A DNA stretch of 64,000 nucleotides. Source: Candidatus Methylomirabilota bacterium (GTDB lineage: Bacteria > Methylomirabilota > Methylomirabilia > Rokubacteriales > CSP1-6). Below are positions 41,844 through 50,353 of this stretch, one piece after another. The notes below the pieces were generated by a model. It had not been told where the DNA came from. It saw nothing but the letters and a program-made list of their open reading frames with translations, and ran no database searches. The position numbers and the translations under genes are program-made. The stretch lies in contig DATAOC010000059.1 of the NCBI GenBank assembly GCA_036265915.1, positions 5 through 64,004 on the forward strand, written 5' to 3'. How positions within the stretch are numbered: position 1 is the first letter of the stretch; each line of letters begins with the position of its first letter.

Positions 41844-44129
41844 ATGGCGGCCGACGCCCCCTTTCCGGTCCTGGAGCGCATCCAGCGCAAGATTCTCTGG
41901 CTGAGCACGTGGATGGTGCACCACGCGAACAGCCGCCCGAACGCCGACGGCACGAAAGTCGGAGGTCACCAGGCGTCGTCGGCATCCGCGGTGAGCCTGC
42001 TGACCGCGCTCTATTTCCACGCACTACGGCCGGGCGACGTCGTCGCGACCAAGGCGCATGCCTCGCCCGCGTTCTACGCCATCCAGTACTTGCTGGGACG
42101 GCTCGATGCCGATGCCCTGCGGCGCCTCCGCGCGTTCGGTGGCCTCCAGGCGTATCCGAGCCGGAGAAAGAATCCCGACATCGTGGACCTGTCCACCGGG
42201 TCCATGGGTCTCGGCGCCGTCATGGCGACGTTCGGCGCCCTCGCCACGCGGTACGTCGCCGACCACGGCGGCGCCGCCATGCCCGAGCGCTTCATCGCGA
42301 TGCTCGGAGACGCCGAGCTCGACGAAGGCAACGTCTGGGAGGCGCTCGCCGAGGAAACCGTCCGCGGTCTGGGGAACCTGCTGTGGATCGTGGACGTCAA
42401 TCGCCAGAGTCTCGACCGGGTGGTCCCGGAGACGCGCACGCGGCAGCTGGCGGCGCTGTTCGAGGCGAGCGGCTGGCGCGTTCACGAGCTCCGGTGGGGC
42501 CAGCGGCTGCAGCGCGTGTTCCGCCGGCCGGGCGGGGAGGCGCTGGCGCAGCGGCTCGAGTCGATGCGCAGCGTGGAGTACCAGAGGCTGTTGCGGCTTC
42601 CGGCAGGATCGGTACGCAAGGCACTCGTCGCGCGCGCGGATGGCGGCATGGATGGCGCGCTCGATCGTCTCCTCGCCGATGTTCCGGATGACGCGTTGCC
42701 GTCGCTGGTGGCCGATGTCGGCGGTCACGACCTCGCGCAGATCGTCGACGCCTACGCGGCGGCGTCACGGGAGCGGGGGCGACCGTCGGTGATCCTCGCG
42801 CACACGATCAAGGGATTCGGCTTGCCGTTCGCCGGCGACCCGCTGAATCACACGATGGTCACGAGTGCCGCGCAGATCGCCGACGTGCGCCGCGCGCTCG
42901 GCGTCGCCGAAGGCGAGGAGTGGTCGGCGTTCGAGCCCGAGAGCGATGAGGCGCGTTTGGTGCGCGCGCGATCGGACCTCTACGCGAGTCCCGCCCGGGG
43001 CGCTCCGCCGGCCGTGCCGGCATCCCTCGGGGAGACGTACGCGGGTGAGATGTCCACGCAGGAGGCGCTGGGCCGCGTGCTCGGCGGCCTCGGTCGCACC
43101 GCGGGCGGCGATGCCGTGGTCACGGTGTCCGCCGACGTGGCGATCACGACGCATCTCGCGGGCTGGATCAACCGGAAGGGCGTCTACTTTCCCGTCGCGC
43201 GTGAGGATCCGTTCGCCGATACGTCACAGGCCCTCGCGTGGAAGGAGTCGCCGCTCGGGCGCCACATCGAGCTCGGCATCGCCGAGCAGAATCTGTTCTT
43301 GATGCTGGGCGCGCTCGGGTTGACGGCGGAGCTCTCCGGCACCACGCTGCTGCCCATAGGGACGCTCTACGATCCATTTGTCCCACGCGGTCTCGACGCC
43401 CTCTATCACGCGCTCTATGCCGGTGGCCGGTTCGTGGTGGCGGCCACGCCGTCCGGTGTGAGCCTGGCACCCGAGGGCGGAGCGCACCAGTCGGTGATCA
43501 CGCCCGGCATCGGTGTCGCGCTGCCGGCGCTCACGTACTTCGAGCCGGCGTTCGGGCAGGAGGTCGAGTGGATTCTTCTCGACGCGCTCTCCGCGATCGC
43601 GGCGCGGGATGGCGAGAGTCTCTATCTCCGACTCTCGACACGCCCCGTCGATCAAGCGCTCGCTCCCCCCTCGACGGCCGCGCAGCGGCGTGCGGTGCTT
43701 TCCGGCGGCTACCGCCTGCTCGACGGTCGAGCGCAGCCGCGCTACCGCGTGGACCGGGCGGTTCACGTGTTCGCCGCCGGCGTGATGGTTCCGGAGGCGC
43801 TGGCGGCGGCGCGCGCGCTGCGTGAGCTCGACGTCTTCGCGAACGTCTTCGTCGTGACGAGCCCAGACCGGTTGTACCGCGACATCCGAGCTCCGCGGCC
43901 GTATCTCGAGACGCTGGTGGGCGCCGACGAGGAAGACGTCCCCATCGTGTCCGTACTCGATGGGCATTCGCATGCGCTGGCGTTCCTCGGCAGCGCTCTC
44001 GGCGTTCCGCAGCTGCCTCTCGGCGTCGACCACTTCGGCCAGTCGGGATCGCGCGCGGAGCTCTACCACCACTACGGGATCGACCTGGATGCGATCGTCG
44101 ACGCCGCCCGGACGCTGCTCGCCGTCTGA
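41844..44129 (+). CDS. Homodimeric-type 2-oxoacid dehydrogenase E1 / transketolase-like ThDP enzyme (AceE-like)
   Basis: The N-terminus reads RIQRKILWLSTWMVHHAN..GGHQASSASAV. The ThDP motif is LGDAELDEGNVWEAL. Pyrimidine-binding and C-terminal domains are present. No E2 or E3 genes are nearby. Confidence 0.75.
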   Translation: MAADAPFPVLERIQRKILWLSTWMVHHANSRPNADGTKVGGHQASSASAVSLLTALYFHALRPGDVVATKAHASPAFYAIQYLLGRLDADALRRLRAFGGLQAYPSRRKNPDIVDLSTGSMGLGAVMATFGALATRYVADHGGAAMPERFIAMLGDAELDEGNVWEALAEETVRGLGNLLWIVDVNRQSLDRVVPETRTRQLAALFEASGWRVHELRWGQRLQRVFRRPGGEALAQRLESMRSVEYQRLLRLPAGSVRKALVARADGGMDGALDRLLADVPDDALPSLVADVGGHDLAQIVDAYAAASRERGRPSVILAHTIKGFGLPFAGDPLNHTMVTSAAQIADVRRALGVAEGEEWSAFEPESDEARLVRARSDLYASPARGAPPAVPASLGETYAGEMSTQEALGRVLGGLGRTAGGDAVVTVSADVAITTHLAGWINRKGVYFPVAREDPFADTSQALAWKESPLGRHIELGIAEQNLFLMLGALGLTAELSGTTLLPIGTLYDPFVPRGLDALYHALYAGGRFVVAATPSGVSLAPEGGAHQSVITPGIGVALPALTYFEPAFGQEVEWILLDALSAIAARDGESLYLRLSTRPVDQALAPPSTAAQRRAVLSGGYRLLDGRAQPRYRVDRAVHVFAAGVMVPEALAAARALRELDVFANVFVVTSPDRLYRDIRAPRPYLETLVGADEEDVPIVSVLDGHSHALAFLGSALGVPQLPLGVDHFGQSGSRAELYHHYGIDLDAIVDAARTLLAV

Positions 44130-44133
44130 CCAG

Positions 44134-44149
44134 CGGCACCCGGTTTGCT
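44134..44149 (+). promoter_or_regulatory. Sigma-54-like element P3 (CGGCAC-CCGGT-TTGCT)
   Basis: GGCAC (44135-44139), then 5 nt, then TTGC (44145-48), located 5 nt after the E1 stop and 100 nt upstream of ATG 44250. It resembles P1/P2 (GGYACCCGNYTTGCT). Confidence 0.45.
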
Positions 44150-44159
44150 ATCCCATGGG

Positions 44160-44174
44160 GGAACGGAACGTTCC
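44160..44174. promoter_or_regulatory. GGAAC-GGAAC-GTTCC element (contains the perfect palindrome GGAACGTTCC 44165-44174)
   Basis: It lies at the predicted start of the P3 transcript and is preceded by the palindrome CCCATGGG (44152-44159). It is a candidate operator. Confidence 0.3.
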
Positions 44175-44249
44175 TCCGCGGTGGCGCGACCGCCAGCGGC
44201 CGCTGGTGGCTGCGGTGGTCGCTGCCGCCCGGGGGGCGAAGCAGCGATC

Positions 44250-44927
44250 ATGAGCATGGCCGGCCATCCGAGCGTTACCTCCACGCTGTTCGACGTCGTC
44301 GCGCGTCGCGATCCTTCTGCGTGGCTTGCGCTGGCCCGAAATCCTACGGCCGCGCTCGTAGAGGCAGCCTTCGACGACGCGACGCGCCACGTCGGTCGCG
44401 CACCGCTCGCCCTCACTCCGGAAGAGCAGCAAGCATTGCGCGAAGCTGGCGTCACCTGGTCACTCGATGCCTGGTGTGTCGACGATGCCGCCCGGGTCGG
44501 ATTGCTCACCGCCGCCGCCGGCTGGTTGCACGCCGACGCGCTGCAGACGGTGATCGAGCGCCGCTGGGGCGCGGGCGATGGGCGTCAGCGGTGTGCTGTG
44601 CTCCGCGCGCTGCCGGTGCTTCCGTCGCCGGAGCGCTTCTTGGCCCTGGCGCTGCAGGCGCGGCAAGGCGCGGTGCGCCGGGTCTTCGAGGCGCTCGCCT
44701 GCGACAATCCGTACCCCGCAATCTATTTCCACGATGTGCATTTCACCGACCTCGTCGTGGCCGCGCTCGAGGCCGACCTGCCGCTTGCGCGCATTGTCGG
44801 CCTCGCCGAGCGCGTGAGCGGCGACCTCGTATCCCGCGCGCGCCGCTTCGCGGCGGCTCGCCGCGCGGCGGGTCGAAGCGTCCCCGCCGACCTCTGGCGC
44901 GTGAGCGGCGATCGGAGCGCGGCGTGA
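44250..44927 (+). CDS. Hypothetical helical protein, possibly EboA-like
   Basis: The motifs WCVDDAARVGLL, GDGRQRCAVLRALPVL and a C-terminal AARRAAGRSVPADLWRV resemble my memory of EboA-family proteins. No other ebo genes are present. I cannot verify this without a search. Confidence 0.4.
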   Translation: MSMAGHPSVTSTLFDVVARRDPSAWLALARNPTAALVEAAFDDATRHVGRAPLALTPEEQQALREAGVTWSLDAWCVDDAARVGLLTAAAGWLHADALQTVIERRWGAGDGRQRCAVLRALPVLPSPERFLALALQARQGAVRRVFEALACDNPYPAIYFHDVHFTDLVVAALEADLPLARIVGLAERVSGDLVSRARRFAAARRAAGRSVPADLWRVSGDRSAA

Positions 44928-45568
44928 GCGCCCGGCGTGCGGCGTCGACCGGATCCGCCGCCGATTTCCTGCCTGAGGAACGGACGCTGCCCGCGTTGCG
45001 AGAGGCCGCGGCTCATTGCCGCGGCTGCCACCTCTGGCAGCGCGGGACGCAAACGGTCTTCGGCGCCGGCCCGCGCCGCGCGCCCATCATGATGGTCGGC
45101 GAGCAGCCCGGAAACGACGAGGACCTGGCCGGGGCACCGTTCGTCGGGCCCGCGGGGCGTCTCCTTGACCGCGCGCTCGAGGAGGCGGGCATCGAGCGCC
45201 GCGATGTCTACGTCACGAACGTCGTGAAGCACTTCAAGTGGGAGCCGAAGGGCAAGCGGCGAATCCACGCCAAGCCGAACGCCCTCGAGATCTCCGCGTG
45301 CCTGCCATGGCTCGAGGCCGAGCTCGATATCGTCAAGCCGTCGATCGTCGTGTGCCTTGGCGCCACCGCGGCGCAGGCGCTGCTCGGCCCGAAGTTCCGT
45401 GTGACGCGCCAGCGTGGCGAGTGGGTGAGTGCGCGCTGGGCCCCGCACGTCATGGCGACGGTGCATCCGTCGTCGATCCTCCGTGCGCCCGACGAGGCCG
45501 CCCGCCATGCCGAGATGGAACGGTTTGTCGCCGACCTGACGTCGCTGCGCCGGGTCGTGCACCACTAG
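44924..45568 (+). CDS. udgX: UdgX-type family 4-like uracil-DNA glycosylase (DNA-crosslinking type)
   Basis: It has the Fe-S Cys CRGC, motif A GEQPGNDED, the UdgX-specific insertion KGKRRIHAKP (the KRRIH loop with the crosslinking His) and motif B ATVHPSSILR. GTG 44924 overlaps the upstream stop as GTGA. Confidence 0.8.
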   Translation: MSARRAASTGSAADFLPEERTLPALREAAAHCRGCHLWQRGTQTVFGAGPRRAPIMMVGEQPGNDEDLAGAPFVGPAGRLLDRALEEAGIERRDVYVTNVVKHFKWEPKGKRRIHAKPNALEISACLPWLEAELDIVKPSIVVCLGATAAQALLGPKFRVTRQRGEWVSARWAPHVMATVHPSSILRAPDEAARHAEMERFVADLTSLRRVVHH

Positions 45569-45640
45569 CGGCGCCGTCGCCTCGCAATCGCGACCGCGGA
45601 GTGCCCGGGACGCGGCCGCTCGTGGTCGATCAGACGAGGG

Positions 45641-45646
45641 TATACT
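45641..45646 (+). promoter_or_regulatory. TATACT -10-like hexamer upstream of glcD
   Basis: It lies 17 nt upstream of ATG 45664 and is the only AT-rich hexamer in the intergenic region. Confidence 0.3.
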
Positions 45647-45663
45647 CGGCTCAAGGTCCGACC

Positions 45664-47139
45664 ATGGCGACGATATCGGTGGATCGCAAAGGGGCGCTGC
45701 GCCACGAGCTGGAGACCATCGTGGGTGCGGGTGGTGTGCTGTCTGATCCCGAGGAGCTGCTCGTCTACGAATCCGACGGCCTCACCCTCTTCCGGGCGCT
45801 CGCCGATTTCGTGGTCTTCCCGCGGTCCGCGGAGCAGGTGGCGGCGGTCGTGAAGGTGGCGAACCGCGAAAGCATCCCATTCGTCGCGCGCGGTGCAGGC
45901 ACCGGGCTGTCCGGTGGCTGCCTGCCTGCCGAGGGTGGCCTCGTCATCTCGCTCATGCGGATGAACCGCGTGCTCGAGGTGGACTACGACAACCAGATCG
46001 CGGTCGTTGAGCCCGGGCTCGTGAATCTCCACCTGTCCTGGGCGGTCGGGCCCCGCGGCTACTACTACGCGCCGGACCCGTCGAGCCAGCAGGCGTGCAC
46101 GATCGGCGGGAATATCGCGAACAATTCCGGCGGTCCCCATACGCTGAAGTACGGCGTCACCGTCAATCACGTGCTCGGTCTGGAGGTGGTCTTGCCGGAC
46201 GGCGAGATCGTCTGGCTCGGCGGGCGCACCCGCGATGCGCTCGGCTACGACATCGCCGGCGTGTTCGTCGGCTCTGAGGGCACGTTCGGGATCGCGACGA
46301 AGATCGTGGTCCGGATCATGAAGAAGCCGCAGGCGGTGAAGACGGTGCTCGCGGTCTTCGATCATGTGGATGGCGCGTCGGCGGCGGTCTCGTCGATCAT
46401 CGCGCGCGGGCTTGTCCCGGCCGCGGTCGAGATGATCGACCAGCTGACGATCCAGGCGGTCGAAGACGCATTCGGCTGCGGCTATCCGCGCGATGCCGCC
46501 GCGGCCCTGCTGATCGAGCTGGACGGGCTTGCCGTCGGCATGGAGAGCCAGGCGGAACGCATCGTCGCCGCGTGTCGCGAGGCCGGCGCGCGCGAGGTCC
46601 GCACGGCCGCCGACGAGGCGGAGCGCCAGCTGCTCTGGAAGGGCCGGAAGTCGGCGTTCGGCGCCTACGGACGCGTGTCGCCGGCATACATGGTGATGGA
46701 CGGCGTCATCCCGCGGACGAAGCTGCCGTACGTGCTGACGCGTGTGAACGAGATCGTCGCCGCGCACGGGTTGCGCGTGGGCAACGTGTTCCACGCCGGC
46801 GACGGGAACCTCCATCCGAACATCCTCTACGATCCGCGGAAGCCGGGCGAGGAAGCGCGCGTGGTGGAGGCGGGCGCGCAGATCATGAAGGTGTGCGCGG
46901 AGGTCGGCGGGTCGATCTCCGGCGAGCACGGCATCGGGCTGGAAAAGGCGGATTTCATGCCGTTCATCTTCTCGGCCGCCGACCTCGCCTTCATGCAGAA
47001 GCTGAAGGCGGCGTTCAACCCGACCGGTCTCTGCAATCCCGGCAAGATGTTTCCGACGAAGAAGTCGTGCGTGGAGGCCGGCCCCGTGGCCTATCGGCCT
47101 CACGCGATCGAAGCGCAGGGCCTCGCGCAACGCTTCTAG
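45664..47139 (+). CDS. glcD: Glycolate oxidase subunit GlcD (FAD-linked oxidase)
   Basis: It has an FAD_binding_4 pattern (VARGAGTGLSGG), a C-terminal GSISGEHGIG motif, and glcE/glcF follow it. Confidence 0.85.
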   Translation: MATISVDRKGALRHELETIVGAGGVLSDPEELLVYESDGLTLFRALADFVVFPRSAEQVAAVVKVANRESIPFVARGAGTGLSGGCLPAEGGLVISLMRMNRVLEVDYDNQIAVVEPGLVNLHLSWAVGPRGYYYAPDPSSQQACTIGGNIANNSGGPHTLKYGVTVNHVLGLEVVLPDGEIVWLGGRTRDALGYDIAGVFVGSEGTFGIATKIVVRIMKKPQAVKTVLAVFDHVDGASAAVSSIIARGLVPAAVEMIDQLTIQAVEDAFGCGYPRDAAAALLIELDGLAVGMESQAERIVAACREAGAREVRTAADEAERQLLWKGRKSAFGAYGRVSPAYMVMDGVIPRTKLPYVLTRVNEIVAAHGLRVGNVFHAGDGNLHPNILYDPRKPGEEARVVEAGAQIMKVCAEVGGSISGEHGIGLEKADFMPFIFSAADLAFMQKLKAAFNPTGLCNPGKMFPTKKSCVEAGPVAYRPHAIEAQGLAQRF

Positions 47140-47158
47140 CGGCGAGCGCGTCAGCCTC

Positions 47159-48475
47159 GTGTCCGCGCCGTTGCTCGACAAGCTACGCGCCATCGTGGGT
47201 CCCCACCACGTCCTCAGCGGCGTCGATCTCTCCCCGTACGTCGTCGATGGCGTCACGCCGGTGGCCGCGGTGTTTCCGGGCAGCGCGGATGACATCGCGG
47301 CCGTCATGCTCGCCGCGGCAGCGGCCGAGTTACCGCTCGTGCCGTGGGGCGGAGGAACGGCCGCCGCCGTCGGCACGCCGCCGGCGCGCGGCGGAGTGGT
47401 GGTGGCGCTCTCGCGTCTGCGCGCGATCGTCGAGCACGAGCCGGGAGATCTCACGGTGACCGCCCAGGCCGGCGTGACGGTGGCCGAGTTGCAGGCAAGT
47501 CTGCGCGCGCGCGGACAGTGGCTCTCGCTCGATCCGCCGGATGCCGAGCGGGCGACGCTCGGCGGCGTGCTCGCGGCGAATGCCGCCGGGTCGCGTCGTC
47601 ACCTCTATGGCACCGCGCGTGACCTCCTCATCGGCGTCACCGCCGTGACGGCGGATGGTTCGATCATCCGCGGCGGCGGTCGCGTCGTGAAGAACGTCGC
47701 CGGATACGACCTGCCGAAGCTGTTCATCGGTTCCTACGGCACCCTCGGCGTCATCGTCGAGGCAACACTCAAGCTCCGGCCCCTTCCGGACGCCGAGCGG
47801 CTCGTGGCCGTGCCCTTCGAGCGGCTCAAGGATGCCGGCGCCGCGGCGCGAGGACTGCTCGCGAGCGATCTCATTCCGACCGCCGTCGACCTGCTGGACG
47901 CGGCGGCCGCGGCGGCGATGGGCCTCGAGGCCGTGCCTGCCACCCTCGTGGTCGGCTTCGATGGCCTCGGAGAGCAGGTCGATTGGCAAGTAGGCGAGCT
48001 CGACTCGATCGCCCGCGCCTTTGGCGCGCGCGGCACGGTCGTCCTGCCACCGACGGCCTGGAGCGCCCTGTGCCGGGCTGCGCACGCCGCGTTCGATACA
48101 CCGGCCGCGGTGATGACGTTCAGCGTGCTGCCGGCCATGGTGGCCGACACGATCGAGCAGGGGACGGCGGCGGCGCGCAAGCATGGACTCGCGAGCGCGT
48201 GGTCGGCGCACGCCGGTGTCGGTGTCGTGACCGGCGCCGTGCGCGCGGACGCAGACAGATCGGACCCCGCGCTCGTCGCCGCGGTCCTCACCGAGTGGCG
48301 CGCCGCGGCCCGCCCCGGCGGTCACGCGTCGGTCACGTGGGCGCCGCTGGCCGTGAAAGCACTGCTCCCGGTCTGGGACGACGCCGGCGCGGCCGCGCGG
48401 CTCATGCGCGCCATCAAGGCGCAGCTGGACCCGCGCGGACTGCTCAATCCCGGGCGCTTCGTGGGTGGCGTGTGA
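47159..48475 (+). CDS. glcE: Glycolate oxidase FAD-binding subunit GlcE
   Basis: It is an FAD-binding PCMH-type domain protein (VPWGGGTA, KNVAGYDL) positioned between glcD and glcF. Confidence 0.8.
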   Translation: MSAPLLDKLRAIVGPHHVLSGVDLSPYVVDGVTPVAAVFPGSADDIAAVMLAAAAAELPLVPWGGGTAAAVGTPPARGGVVVALSRLRAIVEHEPGDLTVTAQAGVTVAELQASLRARGQWLSLDPPDAERATLGGVLAANAAGSRRHLYGTARDLLIGVTAVTADGSIIRGGGRVVKNVAGYDLPKLFIGSYGTLGVIVEATLKLRPLPDAERLVAVPFERLKDAGAAARGLLASDLIPTAVDLLDAAAAAAMGLEAVPATLVVGFDGLGEQVDWQVGELDSIARAFGARGTVVLPPTAWSALCRAAHAAFDTPAAVMTFSVLPAMVADTIEQGTAAARKHGLASAWSAHAGVGVVTGAVRADADRSDPALVAAVLTEWRAAARPGGHASVTWAPLAVKALLPVWDDAGAAARLMRAIKAQLDPRGLLNPGRFVGGV

Positions 48476-49785
48476 GCGAGCCGATGACCGAGTCGGCGAA
48501 GTCGAGCGCGCTCATGCTCCACGGCCTGAGCGTCGAGGGCGTGAACCAGTGCGTGCATTGTGGTCTCTGTCTTCCGTCCTGCCCGACGTTCTCCGAACTC
48601 GGCACCGAGATGGACTCGCCGCGTGGGCGGATCTTCCTCATCAAGTCGCTCGCGGAGGGCCGTATCGGGCTCACGGACTCCGCCGTCGAGCACCTGTCGC
48701 TCTGCCTCGACTGCCGCGCCTGTGAGACGGTGTGTCCGGCCGGCGTTCCGTACGGCCGGTTGATCGAGGCGGCCAAGGCGGAGATCGAGCGGGTTCGGCC
48801 CGGCGGCGCTGTCCGCCGTGCGTTCCGGTGGGTGAACTTCGGTCTGCTCTTGCGGCATCCGCGGCTGCTCGCGCTCGCGGCCGCGGGGTTGCGTCTCTAT
48901 CAGGCGAGCGGTCTGCAGGCGCTCGCGCGCCGCAGCGGTGTCGTGCGCGCGCTGCCCGGCACGCTGCCCGCCTGGGAAGCCCTGCTGCCGCCGCTGCCCT
49001 CGCGAGCCCACCGCGCGCCGCTGGTGCCGTTCACGCCCGCCGTCGGCGAGCGGCGGGGCCGGGTGGCGATGCTCACCGGGTGCGTGCAGGCCGTCGTGTT
49101 CGCCGCGCACAATCGCGCGACGGCGCGCGTGCTGTCGCTCAACGGCTGGGACGTGGTGGCGCCCGGCGAGCAGCGCTGCTGCGGGGCACTGAACGCACAC
49201 GGCGGTGATCACGCCGGCGCGCTCGACATGGCCCGACAGACGATCGACGTGTTCGAGCGAGCCGGGGTCGATGCCGTCGTCGTCAATACCTCGGGCTGCG
49301 GCGCCCACATGAAGGGGTACGGCGCGCTGCTCGCGGACGACCCGGCCTACGCCGAGCGCGCGCGGCGCTTTGCTGCGTCGGTCCGCGATCTGTCCGAGTT
49401 TCTGGCCGTGACGCCGCTGCGCGGCCCGCTCGCGGAGGTTCCGCTCACGGCGACATACCACGATCCGTGTCACGTCGTTCACGGGCAGAAGATCCGCACG
49501 GCGCCGAGAACGTTGCTGGCCCAGATCCCCGGGGTCCGTCTCGTGCCCCTGCCCGAGTCCGACTGGTGCTGCGGCTCGGCGGGCATCTACAACCTCACGC
49601 AGCCCGAGATGGCGACGCAGCTCCTTCGCCGGAAAGTGGCGCATGTGATGTCCACCGGCGCCGACGTCGTCGTCACCGCCAATCCCGGCTGTATCTTGCA
49701 AATCCAACAGGGCCTGCGCGATGCCGGCTCGCCGATGCGCGTGCTGCATCTCGTCGAGCTCCTGGACCGCGCGTACGTCCGATGA
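48472..49785 (+). CDS. glcF: Glycolate oxidase iron-sulfur subunit GlcF
   Basis: It has two 4Fe-4S motifs (CVHCGLCLPSCP, CLDCRACETVCP) and two CCG domains. GTG 48472 overlaps the glcE stop. ATG 48484 is the alternative start. Confidence 0.85.
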   Translation: MSEPMTESAKSSALMLHGLSVEGVNQCVHCGLCLPSCPTFSELGTEMDSPRGRIFLIKSLAEGRIGLTDSAVEHLSLCLDCRACETVCPAGVPYGRLIEAAKAEIERVRPGGAVRRAFRWVNFGLLLRHPRLLALAAAGLRLYQASGLQALARRSGVVRALPGTLPAWEALLPPLPSRAHRAPLVPFTPAVGERRGRVAMLTGCVQAVVFAAHNRATARVLSLNGWDVVAPGEQRCCGALNAHGGDHAGALDMARQTIDVFERAGVDAVVVNTSGCGAHMKGYGALLADDPAYAERARRFAASVRDLSEFLAVTPLRGPLAEVPLTATYHDPCHVVHGQKIRTAPRTLLAQIPGVRLVPLPESDWCCGSAGIYNLTQPEMATQLLRRKVAHVMSTGADVVVTANPGCILQIQQGLRDAGSPMRVLHLVELLDRAYVR

Positions 49786-50303
49786 CCGGCGATCCCGCTG
49801 CGACGCCGCGCGAGCACAAGGCGAGCGCCCCGACGTCGGCCTCCTGCTACGTGCTGACCGTGTCGGACACGAAAAATCACGAGACCGACACGAGCGGCGC
49901 GCTCATCCGCCAGCTGCTCACCGCCGCGGGGCATCGCGTGGCCGGCGCGGCCATCGTACGCGACGAGCCGGCCGAGGTGGCGCGTCTGGTGCGTGCCGCA
50001 TGCGCGGATCCGGGCGTGCAGGTGGTGATTCTCACCGGCGGCACCGGGATCACCTCTCGCGACTCGACGTTCGAGGCGGTGGAGGCGCTGCTCGACAAGC
50101 GTCTGCCCGGCTTCGGCGAGCTGTTCCGGATGCTGTCGTTCGACGAGATCGGCGCGGCCGCCATGCTGAGCCGCGCCCAGATGGGCGTTCATGCCAGGCG
50201 CGTCGTCGTCTCCCTGCCCGGCTCGCCCAACGCTTGCCGGCTCGCGCTCGAGAAGCTGGTGATCCCCGAGCTCGGTCATCTGCTGCGCGAGGTCGGCCGG
50301 TAG
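49782..50303 (+). CDS. moaB: Molybdenum cofactor biosynthesis protein B
   Basis: The MoaB/MogA fold motifs are [18 protein letters not shown] and SLPGSP. The start overlaps the glcF stop as ATGA. Confidence 0.8.
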   Translation: MTGDPAATPREHKASAPTSASCYVLTVSDTKNHETDTSGALIRQLLTAAGHRVAGAAIVRDEPAEVARLVRAACADPGVQVVILTGGTGITSRDSTFEAVEALLDKRLPGFGELFRMLSFDEIGAAAMLSRAQMGVHARRVVVSLPGSPNACRLALEKLVIPELGHLLREVGR

Positions 50304-50319
50304 CCCCAAGGGCGCGCGC

Positions 50320-50325
50320 TATACT
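50320..50325 (+). promoter_or_regulatory. TATACT -10-like hexamer upstream of the HtrA gene
   Basis: It lies 28 nt upstream of ATG 50354. A GAAGGAGG SD follows it. Confidence 0.3.
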
Positions 50326-50353
50326 GGGCGGACACGAAGAAGGAGGTCGCCGC

